DNA of 64,000 bases from Eledone cirrhosa. Its lineage: Eukaryota. Of this stretch, positions 13,901-28,498 are shown one piece after another. The notes beneath the pieces were generated by a model, which was given only the letters and a program-made list of their open reading frames with translations, ran no database searches and was not told the origin of the DNA. The stretch spans positions 59,582,001 to 59,646,000 of the forward strand of contig OZ024747.1 of assembly GCA_964016885.1 (NCBI GenBank). The letters run 5' to 3'. Position 1 is the first letter of the stretch. Each line of letters opens with the position of its first letter. The position numbers were made by a program, and so were the translations under genes.

Positions 13901-16900
13901 TGTTGTATGTCTGTCTGACAAACATGTATAAATATAACAGTATGTTGTCTGTCTGACAAACATGTATAAATATAACAGTATGTTGTATGTCTGACAAACA
14001 TGTATAAATATAACAGTATGTTGTAAGTATGTCTGACAAACATGTATCCATAACTGTATGTTGTTGTTATGACTCACACCTGTTATGTCTGTCTGACAAA
14101 CATGTATAAATATAACAGTATGTTGTATGTATGTCTGACAAACATGTATAAATATAACAGTATGTTGTATGTCTGACAAACATTGTATAAATATAACAGT
14201 ATGTTGTAAGTATGTCTGACAAACATGTATCCATAACTGTATGTTGTTGTTATGACTCACACCTGTTGTATGTCTGTCTGACAAACATGTATAAATATAA
14301 CAGTATGTTGTATGTCTGACAAACATGTATAAATATAACAGTATGTTGTAAGTATGTCTGACAAACATGTATCTGTAACTGTATGTTGTTGTTATGACTC
14401 ACACCTGTTGTATGTCTGTCTGACAAACATTGTATAAATATAACAGTATGTTGTATGTCTGACAAACATGTATAAATATAACGGTATGTTGTATGTCTGA
14501 CAAACATTGTATAAATATAACAGTATGTTGTATGTCTGACAAACATGTATAAATATAACAGTATGTTGTCTGTCTGACAAACATTGTATAAATATAACAG
14601 TATGTTGTCTGTCTGACAAACATGTACAAATATAACAGTATGTTGTCTGTCTGACAAACATGTATAAATATAACAGTATGTTGTATGTCTGACAAACATT
14701 GTATAAATATAACAGTATGTTGTAAGTATGTCTGACAAACATGTATCCATAACTGTATGTTGTTGTTATGACTCACACCTGTTGTATGTCTGTCTGACAA
14801 ACATGTATAAATATAACAGTATGTTGTATGTCAGACAAACATGTATAAATATAACAGTATGTTGTAAGTATGTCTGACAAACATGTATCTGTAACTGTAT
14901 GTTGTTGTTATGACTCACACCTGTTGTATGTCTGTCTGACAAACATTGTATAAATATAACAGTATGTTGTATGTGTGACAAACATGTATAAATATAACAG
15001 TATGTTGTATGTCTGACAAACATTGTATAAATATAACAGTATGTTGTATGTCTGACAAACATGTATAAATATAACAGTATGTTGTCTGTCTGACAAACAT
15101 TGTATAAATATAACAGTATGTTGTCTGTCTGACAAACATGTATAAATATAACAGTATGTTGTCTGTCTGACAAACATGTATAAATATAACAGTATGTTGT
15201 ATGTCTGACAAACATTGTATAAATATAACAGTATGTTGTAAGTATGTCTGACAAACATGTATCCATAACTGTATGTTGTTGTTATGACTCACACCTGTTG
15301 TATGTCTGTCTGACAAACATGTATAAATATAACAGTATGTTGTATGTCTGACAAACATGTATAAATATATCAGTATGTTGTAAGTATGTCTGACAAACAT
15401 GTATCTGTAACTGTATGTTGTTGTTATGACTCACACCTGTTGTATGTCTGTCTGACAAACATGTATAAATATAACAGTATGTCGTATGTCTGACAAACAT
15501 GTATCTGTAACTGTGTTGTTGTTATGACTCACACCTGTTGTATGTCTGACAAACATGTATAAATATAACAGTATGTTGTATGTCTGACAAACATGTATAA
15601 ATATAACAGTATGTTGTATGTCTGACAAACATGTATAAATATAACAGTATGTTGTATGTCTGACAAACATGTATAAATATAACAGTATGTTGTATGTCTG
15701 ACAAACGTATCTATAACTGTATGTTGTTGTTATGACTCACACCTGTTGTATGTCTGTCTGACAAACATGTATAAATATAACAGTATGTTGTATGTCTGAC
15801 AAACATGTATAAATATAACAGTATGTTGTATGTATGTCTGACAAACATGTGTCTGTAACTGTATGTTGTTGTTATGACTCACACCTATTGTATGTCTGTC
15901 TGACAAACATGTATAAATATAACAGCATTTTGTATGTCTGACAAACATGTATAAATATAACAGTATGTTGTATGTCTGACAAACATTGTATAAATATAAC
16001 AGTATGTTGTAAGTATGTCTGACAAACATGTATCCATAACTGTATGTTGTTGTTATGACTCACACCTGTTGTATGTCTGTCTGACAAACATGTATAAATA
16101 TAACAGTATGTTGTATGTCTGACAAACATGTATAAATATAACAGTATGTTGTATGTCTGACAAACATGTATCTATAACTGTGTTGTTGTTATGACTCACA
16201 CCTGTTGTATGTCTGACAAACATGTATAAATATAACAGTATGTTGTGTGTCTGACAAACATGTATAAATATAACAGTATGTTGAATGTATGTCTGACAAA
16301 CATGTATCTGTAACTGTATGTTGTTGTTATGACTCACACCTGTTGTATGTCTGTCTGACAAACATGTATAAATATAACAGTATGTTGTCTGTCTGACAAA
16401 CATGTATAAATATAACAGTATGTTGTATGTCTGACAAACATGTATAAATATAACAGTATGTTGTAAGTATGTCTGACAAACATGTATCCATAACTGTATG
16501 TTGTTGTTATGACTCACACCTGTTATGTCTGTCTGACAAACATGTATAAATATAACAGTATGTTGTATGTCTGACAAACATGTATAAATATAACAGTATG
16601 TTGTAAGTATGTCTGACAAACATGTATCTGTAACTGTATGTTGTTGTTATGACTCACACCTGTTGTATGTCTGTCTGACAAACATTGTATAAATATAACA
16701 GTATGTTGTATGTCTGACAAACATGTATAAATATAACAGTATGTTGTATGTCTGACAAACATTGTATAAATATAACAGTATGTTGTATGTCTGACAAACA
16801 TGTATAAATATAACAGTATGTTGTCTGTCTGACAAACATTGTATAAATATAACAGTATGTTGTCTGTCTGACAAACATGTATAAATATAACAGTATGTTG

Positions 16901-19900
16901 TCTGTCTGACAAACATGTATAAATATAACAGTATGTTGTATGTCTGACAAACATTGTATAAATATAACAGTATGTTGTAAGTATGTCTGACAAACATGTA
17001 TCCATAACTGTATGTTGTTGTTATGACTCACACCTGTTGTATGTCTGTCTGACAAACATGTATAAATATAACAGTATGTTGTATGTCTGACAAACATGTA
17101 TAAATATATCAGTATGTTGTAAGTATGTCTGACAAACATGTATCTGTAACTGTATGTTGTTGTTATGACTCACACCTGTTGTATGTCTGTCTGACAAACA
17201 TGTATAAATATAACAGTATGTTGTATGTCTGACAAACATGTATAAATATAACAGTATGTTGTAAGTATGTCTGACAAACATGTATCTGTAACTGTATGTT
17301 GTTGTTATGACTCACACCTGTTGTATGTCTGTCTGACAAACATTGTATAAATATAACAGTATGTTGTATGTCTGACAAACATGTATAAATATAACGGTAT
17401 GTTGTATGTCTGACAAACATTGTATAAATATAACAGTATGTTGTATGTCTGACAAACATGTATAAATATAACAGTATGTTGTCTGTCTGACAAACATTGT
17501 ATAAATATAACAGTATGTTGTCTGTCTGACAAACATGTACAAATATAACAGTATGTTGTCTGTCTGACAAACATGTATAAATATAACAGTATGTTGTATG
17601 TCTGACAAACATTGTATAAATATAACAGTATGTTGTAAGTATGTCTGACAAACATGTATCCATAACTGTATGTTGTTGTTATGACTCACACCTGTTGTAT
17701 GTCTGTCTGACAAACATGTATAAATATAACAGTATGTTGTATGTCAGACAAACATGTATAAATATAACAGTATGTTGTAAGTATGTCTGACAAACATGTA
17801 TCTGTAACTGTATGTTGTTGTTATGACTCACACCTGTTGTATGTCTGTCTGACAAACATTGTATAAATATAACAGTATGTTGTATGTGTGACAAACATGT
17901 ATAAATATAACAGTATGTTGTATGTCTGACAAACATTGTATAAATATAACAGTATGTTGTATGTCTGACAAACATGTATAAATATAACAGTATGTTGTCT
18001 GTCTGACAAACATTGTATAAATATAACAGTATGTTGTCTGTCTGACAAACATGTATAAATATAACAGTATGTTGTCTGTCTGACAAACATGTATAAATAT
18101 AACAGTATGTTGTATGTCTGACAAACATTGTATAAATATAACAGTATGTTGTAAGTATGTCTGACAAACATGTATCCATAACTGTATGTTGTTGTTATGA
18201 CTCACACCTGTTGTATGTCTGTCTGACAAACATGTATAAATATAACAGTATGTTGTATGTCTGACAAACATGTATAAATATATCAGTATGTTGTAAGTAT
18301 GTCTGACAAACATGTATCTGTAACTGTATGTTGTTGTTATGACTCACACCTGTTGTATGTCTGTCTGACAAACATGTATAAATATAACAGTATGTCGTAT
18401 GTCTGACAAACATGTATCTGTAACTGTGTTGTTGTTATGACTCACACCTGTTGTATGTCTGACAAACATGTATAAATATAACAGTATGTTGTATGTCTGA
18501 CAAACATGTATAAATATAACAGTATGTTGTATGTCTGACAAACATGTATAAATATAACAGTATGTTGTATGTCTGACAAACATGTATAAATATAACAGTA
18601 TGTTGTATGTCTGACAAACGTATCTATAACTGTATGTTGTTGTTATGACTCACACCTGTTGTATGTCTGTCTGACAAACATGTATAAATATAACAGTATG
18701 TTGTATGTCTGACAAACATGTATCCATAACTGTATGTTGTTATGACTCACCTGTTGTATGTCTGTCTGACAAACATGTATAAATATAACAGTATGTTGTA
18801 TGTATGTCTGACAAACATGTATCTGTAACTGTATGTTGTTGTTATGACTCACACCTGTTGTATGTCTGTCTGACAAACATGTATAAATATAACAGTATGT
18901 TGTCTGTCTGACAAACATGTATAAATATAACAGTATGTTGTATGTCTGACAAACATGTATAAATATAACAGTATGTTGTAAGTATGTCTGACAAACATGT
19001 ATCCATAACTGTATGTTGTTGTTATGACTCACACCTGTTATGTCTGTCTGACAAACATGTATAAATATAACAGTATGTTGTATGTATGTCTGACAAACAT
19101 GTCTGTAACTGTATGTTGTTGTTATGACTCACACCTATTGTATGTCTGTCTGACAAACATGTATAAATATAACAGCATGTTGTATGTCTGACAAACATGT
19201 ATAAATATAACAGTATGTTGTATGTCTGACAAACATTGTATAAATATAACAGTATGTTGTAAGTATGTCTGACAAACATGTATCCATAACTGTATGTTGT
19301 TGTTATGACTCACACCTGTTGTATGTCTGTCTGACAAACATGTATAAATATAACAGTGTTGTATGTCTGACAAACATGTATAAATATAACAGTATGTTGT
19401 ATGTCTGACAAACATGTATCTATAACTGTGTTGTTGTTATGACTCACACCTGTTGTATGTCTGACAAACATGTATAAATATAACAGTATGTTGTGTGTCT
19501 GACAAACATGTATAAATATAACAGTATGTTGTATGTATGTCTGACAAACATGTATCTGTAACTGTATGTTGTTGTTATGACTCACACCTGTTGTATGTCT
19601 GTCTGACAAACATGTATAAATATAACAGTATGTTGTCTGTCTGACAAACATGTATAAATATAACAGTATGTTGTATGTCTGACAAACATGTATAAATATA
19701 ACAGTATGTTGTAAGTATGTCTGACAAACATGTATCCATAACTGTATGTTGTTGTTATGACTCACACCTGTTATGTCTGTCTGACAAACATGTATAAATA
19801 TAACAGTATGTTGTATGTATGTCTGACAAACATGTATAAATATAACAGTATGTTGTATGTCTGATAAACATTGTATAAATATAACAGTATGTTGTAAGTA

Positions 19901-22900
19901 TGTCTGACAAACATGTATCCATAACTGTATGTTGTTGTTATGACTCACACCTGTTGTATGTCTGTCTGACAAACATGTATAAATATAACAGTATGTTGTA
20001 TGTCTGACAAACATGTATAAATATAACAGTATGTTGTAAGTATGTCTGACAAACATGTATCTGTAACTGTATGTTGTTGTTATGACTCACACCTGTTGTA
20101 TGTCTGTCTGACAAACATTGTATAAATATAACAGTATGTTGTATGTCTGACAAACATGTATAAATATAACGGTATGTTGTATGTCTGACAAACATTGTAT
20201 AAATATAACAGTATGTTGTATGTCTGACAAACATGTATAAATATAACAGTATGTTGTCTGTCTGACAAACATTGTATAAATATAACAGTATGTTGTCTGT
20301 CTGACAAACATGTACAAATATAACAGTATGTTGTCTGTCTGACAAACATGTATAAATATAACAGTATGTTGTATGTCTGACAAACATTGTATAAATATAA
20401 CAGTATGTTGTAAGTATGTCTGACAAACATGTATCCATAACTGTATGTTGTTGTTATGACTCACACCTGTTGTATGTCTGTCTGACAAACATGTATAAAT
20501 ATAACAGTATGTTGTATGTCAGACAAACATGTATAAATATAACAGTATGTTGTAAGTATGTCTGACAAACATGTATCTGTAACTGTATGTTGTTGTTATG
20601 ACTCACACCTGTTGTATGTCTGTCTGACAAACATTGTATAAATATAACAGTATGTTGTATGTGTGACAAACATGTATAAATATAACAGTATGTTGTATGT
20701 CTGACAAACATTGTATAAATATAACAGTATGTTGTATGTCTGACAAACATGTATAAATATAACAGTATGTTGTCTGTCTGACAAACATTGTATAAATATA
20801 ACAGTATGTTGTCTGTCTGACAAACATGTATAAATATAACAGTATGTTGTCTGTCTGACAAACATGTATAAATATAACAGTATGTTGTATGTCTGACAAA
20901 CATTGTATAAATATAACAGTATGTTGTAAGTATGTCTGACAAACATGTATCCATAACTGTATGTTGTTGTTATGACTCACACCTGTTGTATGTCTGTCTG
21001 ACAAACATGTATAAATATAACAGTATGTTGTATGTCTGACAAACATGTATAAATATATCAGTATGTTGTAAGTATGTCTGACAAACATGTATCTGTAACT
21101 GTATGTTGTTGTTATGACTCACACCTGTTGTATGTCTGTCTGACAAACATGTATAAATATAACAGTATGTCGTATGTCTGACAAACATGTATCTGTAACT
21201 GTGTTGTTGTTATGACTCACACCTGTTGTATGTCTGACAAACATGTATAAATATAACAGTATGTTGTATGTCTGACAAACATGTATAAATATAACAGTAT
21301 GTTGTATGTCTGACAAACATGTATAAATATAACAGTATGTTGTATGTCTGACAAACATGTATAAATATAACAGTATGTTGTATGTCTGACAAACGTATCT
21401 ATAACTGTATGTTGTTGTTATGACTCACACCTGTTGTATGTCTGTCTGACAAACATGTATAAATATAACAGTATGTTGTATGTCTGACAAACATGTATAA
21501 ATATAACAGTATGTTGTATGTATGTCTGACAAACATGTGTCTGTAACTGTATGTTGTTGTTATGACTCACACCTATTGTATGTCTGTCTGACAAACATGT
21601 ATAAATATAACAGCATTTTGTATGTCTGACAAACATGTATAAATATAACAGTATGTTGTATGTCTGACAAACATTGTATAAATATAACAGTATGTTGTAA
21701 GTATGTCTGACAAACATGTATCCATAACTGTATGTTGTTGTTATGACTCACACCTGTTGTATGTCTGTCTGACAAACATGTATAAATATAACAGTATGTT
21801 GTATGTCTGACAAACATGTATAAATATAACAGTATGTTGTATGTCTGACAAACATGTATCTATAACTGTGTTGTTGTTATGACTCACACCTGTTGTATGT
21901 CTGACAAACATGTATAAATATAACAGTATGTTGTGTGTCTGACAAACATGTATAAATATAACAGTATGTTGAATGTATGTCTGACAAACATGTATCTGTA
22001 ACTGTATGTTGTTGTTATGACTCACACCTGTTGTATGTCTGTCTGACAAACATGTATAAATATAACAGTATGTTGTCTGTCTGACAAACATGTATAAATA
22101 TAACAGTATGTTGTATGTCTGACAAACATGTATAAATATAACAGTATGTTGTAAGTATGTCTGACAAACATGTATCCATAACTGTATGTTGTTGTTATGA
22201 CTCACACCTGTTATGTCTGTCTGACAAACATGTATAAATATAACAGTATGTTGTATGTCTGACAAACATGTATAAATATAACAGTATGTTGTAAGTATGT
22301 CTGACAAACATGTATCTGTAACTGTATGTTGTTGTTATGACTCACACCTGTTGTATGTCTGTCTGACAAACATTGTATAAATATAACAGTATGTTGTATG
22401 TCTGACAAACATGTATAAATATAACAGTATGTTGTATGTCTGACAAACATTGTATAAATATAACAGTATGTTGTATGTCTGACAAACATGTATAAATATA
22501 ACAGTATGTTGTCTGTCTGACAAACATTGTATAAATATAACAGTATGTTGTCTGTCTGACAAACATGTATAAATATAACAGTATGTTGTCTGTCTGACAA
22601 ACATGTATAAATATAACAGTATGTTGTATGTCTGACAAACATTGTATAAATATAACAGTATGTTGTAAGTATGTCTGACAAACATGTATCCATAACTGTA
22701 TGTTGTTGTTATGACTCACACCTGTTGTATGTCTGTCTGACAAACATGTATAAATATAACAGTATGTTGTATGTCTGACAAACATGTATAAATATATCAG
22801 TATGTTGTAAGTATGTCTGACAAACATGTATCTGTAACTGTATGTTGTTGTTATGACTCACACCTGTTGTATGTCTGTCTGACAAACATGTATAAATATA

Positions 22901-25200
22901 ACAGTATGTCGTATGTCTGACAAACATGTATCTGTAACTGTGTTGTTGTTATGACTCACACCTGTTGTATGTCTGACAAACATGTATAAATATAACAGTA
23001 TGTTGTATGTCTGACAAACATGTATAAATATAACAGTATGTTGTATGTCTGACAAACATGTATAAATATAACAGTATGTTGTATGTCTGACAAACGTATC
23101 TATAACTGTATGTTGTTGTTATGACTCACACCTGTTGTATGTCTGTCTGACAAACATGTATAAATATAACAGTATGTTGTATGTCTGACAAACATGTATA
23201 AATATAACAGTATGTTGTATGTCTGACAAACATGTATAAATATAACAGTATGTTGTATGTCTGACAAACATGTATCTATAACTGTATATTGTTGTTATGA
23301 CTCACACCTGTTGTATGTCTGACAAACATGTATAAATATAACAGTATGTTGTATGTCTGACAAACATGTATAAATATAACAGTATGTTGTATGTCTGACA
23401 AACATGTATAAATATAACAGTATGTTGTGAGTATGTCTGACAAACATGTATCTATAACTGTATGTTGTTGTTATGACTCACACCTGTTGTATGTCTGTCT
23501 GACAAACATGTATAAATATAACAGTATGTTGTATGTCTGTCAAACATGTATCTATAACTGTATGTTGTTGTTATGACTCACACCTGTTGTATGTCTGACA
23601 AACATTTATAAATATAACAGTATGTTGTATGTCTGACAAACATGTATAAATATAACAGTATGTTGTAAGTATGTCTGACAAACATGTATCTATAACTGTA
23701 TGTTGTTGTTATGACTCACACCTGTTGTATGTCTGTCTGACAAACATGTATAAATATAACAGTATGTTGTAAGTATGTCTGACAAACATGTATCTATAAC
23801 TGTATGTTGTTGTTATGACTCACACCTGTTGTATGTCTGTCTGACAAACATGTATAAATATAACAGTATGTTGTATGTCTGACAAACATGTATAAATATA
23901 ACAGTATGTTGTATGTCTGACAAACATGTATCTATAACTGTATGTTGTTGTTATGACTCACACCTGTTGTATGTCTGACAAACATGTATAAATATAACTG
24001 TATGTTGTATGTCTGACAAACATGTATCTATAACTGTATGTTGTTATGACTCACACCTGTTGTATGTCTGACAAACATGTATAAATATAACAGTATGCTG
24101 TCTGTCTGACAAACATGTATAAATATAACAGTATGTTGTAAGTATGTCTGACAAACATGTAACTGTATGTTGTTGTTATGACTCACACCTGTTGTATGTC
24201 TGACAAACATGTATAAATATAACAGTATGCTGTCTGTCTGACAAACATGTATAAATATAACAGTATGTTGTAAGTATGTCTGACAAACATGTATCTATAA
24301 CTGTATGTTGTTGTTATAACTCACACCTGTTGTATGTTTGTCTGACAAACATGTATAAATATAACAGTATGTTGTATGTCTGACAAACATCTATATGTAA
24401 CTGTATGTTGTTGTTATGACTCATACCTGTTGTATGTCTGACAAACATGTATAAATATAACAGTATGTTGTATGTCTGACAAACATGTATAAATATAATA
24501 GTATGTTGTATGTCTGACAAACATGTATCTGTAACTGTATGTTGTTGTTATGACTTACACCTGTTGTATGTATGTCTGACAAACATGTATCTGTAACTGT
24601 ATGTTGTTGTTATGACTCATACCTGTTGTATGTCTGTTTGACAAACATGTATAAATATAACAGCATGTTGTATGTCTGACAAACATGTATCCATAACTGT
24701 ATGTTGTTGTTATGACTTACACCTGTTGTATGTCTGTCTGACAAACATGTATAAATATAACAGTATGTTGTATGTCTGACAAACATGTATAAATATAACA
24801 GTATGTTGTATGTCTGACAAACATGTATCTGTAACTGTATGTTGTTGTTATGACTCACACCTGTTGTATGTCTGTCTGACAAACATGTATAAATATAACA
24901 GTATGTTGTATGTCTGACAAACATGTATAAATATAACAGTATGTTGTATGTCTGACAAACATGTATAAATATAACAGTATGTTGTATGTCTGACAAACAT
25001 GTATCTGTAACTGTATGTTGTTGTTATGACTCACCTGTTGTATGTCTGACAAACATGTATAAATATAACAGTATGTTGTATGTCTGACAAACATGTATAA
25101 ATATAACAGTATGTTGTATGTCTGACAAACATGTATCTGTAACTGTATGTTGTTGTTATGACTCACCTGTTGTATGTCTGTCTGACAAACATTGTATGTC
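7958..25200. repeat. 17-kb compound satellite: 38-bp monomer interspersed with a ~60-bp monomer; higher-order repeats
   Basis: A unit gtatgtctgacaaacatgtataaatataacagtatgtt; B unit ..catgtatctgtaactgtatgttgttgttatgactcacacctgtt; identical ORFs recur at offsets 516, 2775 and 5688. Confidence 0.98.
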
Positions 25201-25312
25201 TAGAACTATGTTAGTGTTCATACACGTGCGTTCATGCTGCTGCCATACATCGGTTGGAAATCCCTCCGGTGAAACACGTCCTCAAATATGATTTGCTAAT
25301 TTGTTGTTGAAC

Positions 25313-25610
25313 ACTCTTTCTGTCTCTCTGTCTCTCTCTGTCTCTCTCTCTCTCTGTCTCTCTCTCTCTCTGTCTCTCTCTCTCTCTGTCTCTGTCTCTC
25401 TCTGTCTCTCTGTCTCTCTGTCTCTCTCTGTCTCTGTCTCTCTCTCTCTCTCTGTCTCTGTCTCTCTCTGTCTCTCTCTGTCTCTCTGTCTCTCTGTCTC
25501 TCTCTGTCTCTGTCTCTCTCTCTCTCTCTGTCTCTGTCTCTCTCTGTCTCTCTGTCTCTCTCTGTCTCTGTCTATCTCTCTCTCTCTAAGTGTCTCTCTC
25601 TCTCTCTCTC
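25313..25610. repeat. (CT)n/(CTGT)n compound microsatellite
   Basis: direct reading. Confidence 0.95.
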
Positions 25611-25779
25611 CCCAGTGCATTTGCAGAATTTTCCTTAGAAACCTAACTAATAACTGTTTGTGGAAACCACCACATAATTTTTTTTATGACTTTTTTCTTG
25701 GCAAAATATATTTTCCATGCTTTTTAACACTAAATTCCTAATAACAAGATACCATATTTGCCGGCCTATATTTTACGTT

Positions 25780-25889
25780 GTGTTTTGACGTTTAGATACA
25801 TTTTTATGCGCCACATCTACTATTCGCGGTTTTTCACTCTTCGGGGGTGCACTAGACACGTAACCACTGCGAATACCAGTGGACAACTG
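25780..25889. mobile_element. Tigger/pogo-like MITE terminus
   Basis: ttcgcggtttttcact..cgtaaccactgcgaataccagtggacaactg|ta; reverse complement cagttgtccactggtattcgcag resembles Tigger TIRs; partner TIR not found. Confidence 0.5.
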
Positions 25890-26070
25890 TATATATAGTT
25901 AATAAATGAAACAAACAAAACACAGGAGGCAATTTCTACATGGTTGTATAAGGTTCACACTTGGAGTTACAGGAACATGCATGCATATATATATACATAC
26001 ACACACACACATATATATATATATATAAATTAAAAGTCGAATGACATATATATATATATATATATATAAT

Positions 26071-26351
26071 AAACATATCAAACGATTACAGGGGATAATT
26101 TGTAAAGAGTGTAAACACACATAGTTATGGAGTAACATATTAAAAATGAATAAGAACCTTGAATATAGATACCTTGCAATAATGATTAATCTCCTTTGTA
26201 TATATTCCATTGAAGAAATATATTTCACCATTAATCAGGGAATCATAGATGTCAACTATCAGAAGCATGCGCCATATCACCTGTGGAATAAGCTCAAAGG
26301 TTCCAAGTTATAAATCCGACCATTTATTAACATTAAATTAAAAGTTAAATG

Positions 26352-26398
<47 letters not shown>

Positions 26399-26738
26399 TA
26401 TATATTAAACACATCAAACAATTACAGGGGATAATTTGTAAAGAGTGTAAACACATAGTTACAGAGTAATATATTAAAAATTAATAAGAACCATGAATAT
26501 AGATACCTTGCAATAATGATTAATCTCCTTTGTATATATTCCATTGAAGAAATATATTTCACCATTAATCAGTGAATCACAGAAGTCAAATGTTGGATCA
26601 ACGGCAAAGGAGAAGATTTAACTATCTGTGATTACACAGTAAAAGCAAACTGGAGAATAACGACAAAAAGCACATGTGGTTTTATTACTTGGAATCTTTG
26701 AGCTTATTCCGTAGGTGATATGGCGTATGCTTCTGATA
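26071..26738. repeat. ~175-bp direct duplication plus ~55-bp inverted repeat (Penelope-terminus-like layout)
   Basis: 26071-26245 ~ 26408-26579 direct; 26257-26313 is the inverse of 26682-26738. Confidence 0.8.
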
Positions 26739-26775
26739 TTCTCAGACATGGCATCTTTAATCTAGTAGTAGTATA

Positions 26776-27127
26776 TCATCATTTCATCATCATTTCGTTT
26801 TAAGTCCGCTTTTTCCCTGCTTGCAAGGGTGGGACGGGAACTGATTCTGGCTTGATTTCTACAGCTGGATGCCCTTCCTAACACCAACTTCATTTACAGT
26901 GAGTGCTGGGTGCTTTTTTTTTTTTGCCGTGGCACCTCCACGACCACTTTGCAGAGGAATGATAGGGACCCCAGTCCCTATCATCTCATTTTTACAGTTG
27001 AGTAAACTGGAGCAATGTGAAATAAAGTGTCTTGCTCAAGGAAACAACACATCACCCTGTCTGAGAATTGAACTCACAACCTTTCGATTTCCAGGCCAAT
27101 GCTCTAACCACTAAGCCATGTGCCTCC
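26776..27127 (-). mobile_element. tRNA-derived SINE (family A), full length
   Basis: reverse complement of the 7590-7950 and 34821-35160 copies. Confidence 0.9.
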
Positions 27128-27282
27128 ATATATATATATATATTTAGGTTTGTTGGTTTACCACTGGATAGAACTGGTCATTCCGTATGGTCAACCTCGA
27201 TATAATATTATGGAAAGCACTCAACGTAATGCAACCCACCTGTCTTCGTTTGTGTAGTTGGTGGTGTGAGTACAGAGTTAAT

Positions 27283-27783
27283 TATTATAAAATAACAGGA
27301 GGCTGGACTGGTGTACTTCCTTGAAAGGTTTATTATACTATGATCATTTCAATGTAGCTTTGATCATTATTATACTATGATCATTTATATGTAGCTTTGT
27401 TGAAGGGATATATGTTCTTTGAAATAATGTTTTTCGCGGCACTTTCTAGCACGCATGACCAGCTTGATTGTGACCTGATCTCAGCGCTAGCCTCTGTCTT
27501 TGACGAGGGGTAGTAGTACATAAGCCTACACCCCTTCACCAGATGGACATAAGTAGGCTTAATAGTCAACACTTGAGGGCGGCCGGCCAAGATAGAAGAT
27601 GCTGAAAGTTTGGTCGCCCTCATGTCTCTGATTTTTCAGCCCCATGGATTTTGTCTATTGTATTCCTTTGTTATATTTCAAATACCTGATGATGTCACCA
27701 GATTCATACTGAGCCCGGTCATTGAAATGATCATAGTATAATAAACCTTTCAAGGAAGTACACCAGTCCAGCCTCCTGTTATT

Positions 27784-27791
<8 letters not shown>
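27283..27791. repeat. foldback with 72-bp inverted arms
   Basis: 27283-27354 is the reverse complement of 27720-27791. Confidence 0.9.
27682..27739 (+). ncRNA. minimal type-I hammerhead ribozyme-like motif
   Basis: atac CTGATGA (imperfect stem II) GAAA tgatca TA gtat; palindromic stem III segment tgatca; AATAAA immediately downstream. Confidence 0.6.
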
Positions 27792-27833
<42 letters not shown>

Positions 27834-27916
27834 AAATTGGAACGGGAACGAAAAGAGAGAGGCAGTACAAACAAAGGTTTATTAGTTTCATGCTCTTGAG
27901 TGGGGTGGGTGGGGTG

Positions 27917-27946
27917 GACGACGTTTCGGGCATAAGCCCTTCCTCA
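27917..27946 (-). ncRNA. 5'-truncated minimal hammerhead motif (Penelope-type)
   Basis: minus strand reads TGAGGA a-gggc ttat gccc GAAA cgtcgtc; C3 and stem I are lost at the (TA)n junction; aataaa follows ~35 nt downstream on minus. Confidence 0.55.
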
Positions 27947-27993
27947 ATATATATATATATATGATGCTGATATATAAATATGCATGCATGGTC

Positions 27994-28300
27994 CCATAAC
28001 TCCTAAGAGTCGTAGTGGCGCCATATTAACATAGGGCATTTCTTAAACCTGACAGAACCCATCTGCTCTCCAGGTCTGAATACAGCAGATTTCTTCCAGA
28101 AGAAAATAGAGAATGAGAGGATGGAAATAAGAAAGATATATAGAGGAAGAATCAACTCCCAGTACTAGACTGGTACTTTTTTATTGACCGCGAATGGATG
28201 AATGGCAAAGTTGATCATGGTGGGATTTTAACTTAGAGAGCTGAGAGCTGGAACCAATACCGCAAAGCGTTCTAATGACTCTGCCAATTAGCTGCCTTGA
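27994..28300 (-). mobile_element. tRNA-derived SINE (family B)
   Basis: ctggtacttttttattgacc..gatgaatggcaaagttga..gggattt..ctgccaattagctgcctt. Confidence 0.65.
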
Positions 28301-28302
28301 TA

Positions 28303-28351
<49 letters not shown>

Positions 28352-28441
28352 GCAAAATGAATACTCTTTGCCATGAATGTACTTTCAACCAGTTTGGCTG
28401 GTTATACTAACTTCAATTGACATTTGTGCTAACAAATACAC

Positions 28442-28498
28442 CTTCTCTGAAGATCCTATGTCACTATCGATGACATAGGTGAAACATCATGTAAGAAG
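28442..28498 (+). ncRNA. type-I hammerhead ribozyme with intact core
   Basis: cttct CTGAAGA t-cctatgtca ctatcga tgacatagg-t GAAA catcat GTA agaag: 5-bp stem I, 9-bp stem II, GUA triplet. Confidence 0.7.

Noticed and set aside
7958-25200. CRISPR-like array or repetitive protein gene
   Set aside because: There are no unique spacers and no cas genes, and the context is eukaryotic. The ORFs shift frame with 38/39/42-bp monomers.
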